Origin: Macrostomum lignano
Lineage: Eukaryota
Assembly (NCBI GenBank): GCA_002269645.1
Contig: NIVC01001677.1
Span: forward strand, 186,001 to 250,000
Length of the DNA stretch: 64,000 bases
Direction: 5' to 3'
Positions within the stretch are counted from its first letter, which is position 1. Each line of letters starts with the position of its first letter. The notes under the pieces are model-generated. The model saw only the letters and a list, made by a program, of their open reading frames with translations, did not search any database and was not told the origin of the DNA. The position numbers and the translations under genes are program-made. Shown one piece after another: positions 62,961-64,000 of the stretch.

Positions 62961-64000
62961 AATTGGCTATAGCTATAGTCTAATTGGGCTAAGTTTCCCT
63001 AACTGATAAAGATGTGCAGTTATGCGGCATCTGGTAGTGACTGACTAATTCTACAGCGCCTTTATCTATCCAGCAGGCTATTAGGATGCAAAGCCGTGCC
63101 TTGTAGCAGCTTTCCTATGTTGGCTTTTATAATATAGAATCTATATTATATTAACTATATTTAGCAATCCATTACAGCGCCACTGGATTGCAATTAATAT
63201 CTAGATGGATATAGTCGATAATTATATGCACAGTATCTATCAGACTTGAGTCTCAGCAGATTCAACTATAGTGCTAATGTATTCTGTAGAATCTAGAATG
63301 CGTCTATATAACTTGGTGCGGTGGAATAGAAAAAGGCCAGCTAGAGAGAGAGAGTGAGAGAGAGAGAGAGAGAGAGCGCACAGAGAGAACGGAGCGGCAG
63401 CAACAGCCGCAATTCAATTACGTACTGAGAGCTGCAGTGAGGCGTTAGGATTGAACATATATTCTATATGTGCTTGTAGATTGGCCCCGTTTTATAGTGC
63501 TTATTATTCACAGCTTCTTCTTCATCTTCATTTCTCTTCATCTTTAGGAGTATAGGCTCTGTTTTTTATTAGAGGAAAGGCGTGACAGGAGGCCGGAATG
63601 GAAGAGCTGGGGGGTGTCTGTGTGTGTTCGAGGGGCTTTTAGCTGTTGAAGTTCATCCAGCCTGAAACTGATGGTTCGTGTGACGTTAGAAAAGCTATTC
63701 TATTCATATATTTAGTGTATCTTCTAACCCTACTCAGTGGGTGTTTAAGTGCGCTGCTGCCCTGCGGTGAAGTCTTATCTAGCTATTGTGCCTGTCGCCT
63801 GCTTGCAATTTCTCATAAATCATTTTCAACCTGCTCAGCGGTATAGGGAGCTGCTAATTTTTATTTTAACTGGCAGAATATTTCAGTTAGTTTCTTATAG
63901 CTTCAATGCTATGGAAATTGTAGAAAAATTTATCATTAAATGGATTTTTATATTCATGCACTTTGCCCGCATGGTTTATTATGTAGTCATGCTACATACA

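Overview
Eukaryotic (metazoan) genomic DNA with GT-AG introns. The GC-rich exons and minisatellite-packed introns suggest a free-living flatworm such as Macrostomum, but that is inference only. Genes supported by hand splice-modelling: (1) a >=17-exon + strand gene (4505-32288, >=1166 aa, 5' end not found) with a divergent TBC/Rab-GAP-like N-terminal part and C2-like beta modules; (2) an intronless C-type lectin + PAN/apple-like gene nested antisense in one of its introns; (3) a 2-exon membrane mucin on -; (4) GATAD2/p66 (NuRD subunit) on -; (5) an intact THAP domain ORF upstream of p66 that can splice in frame onto it; (6) the first four coding exons of an ADCY9-type adenylate cyclase on +. 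Non-coding DNA holds about 30 distinct tandem arrays, a tRNA-derived CORE-type SINE in two copies, a CCC...GGG TIR element and several fold-back elements. The strongest unexplained signal: the SINE copy at ~54 kb differs from its sister at ~18 kb almost only by one-way C>T/G>A changes, mostly outside CpG (CpA>CpT). It sits in a ~10 kb CpG-void, TpA-rich domain. This resembles fungal RIP, but in an animal. The second is a possible THAP-p66 fusion. All counts were made by eye; no searches were run.
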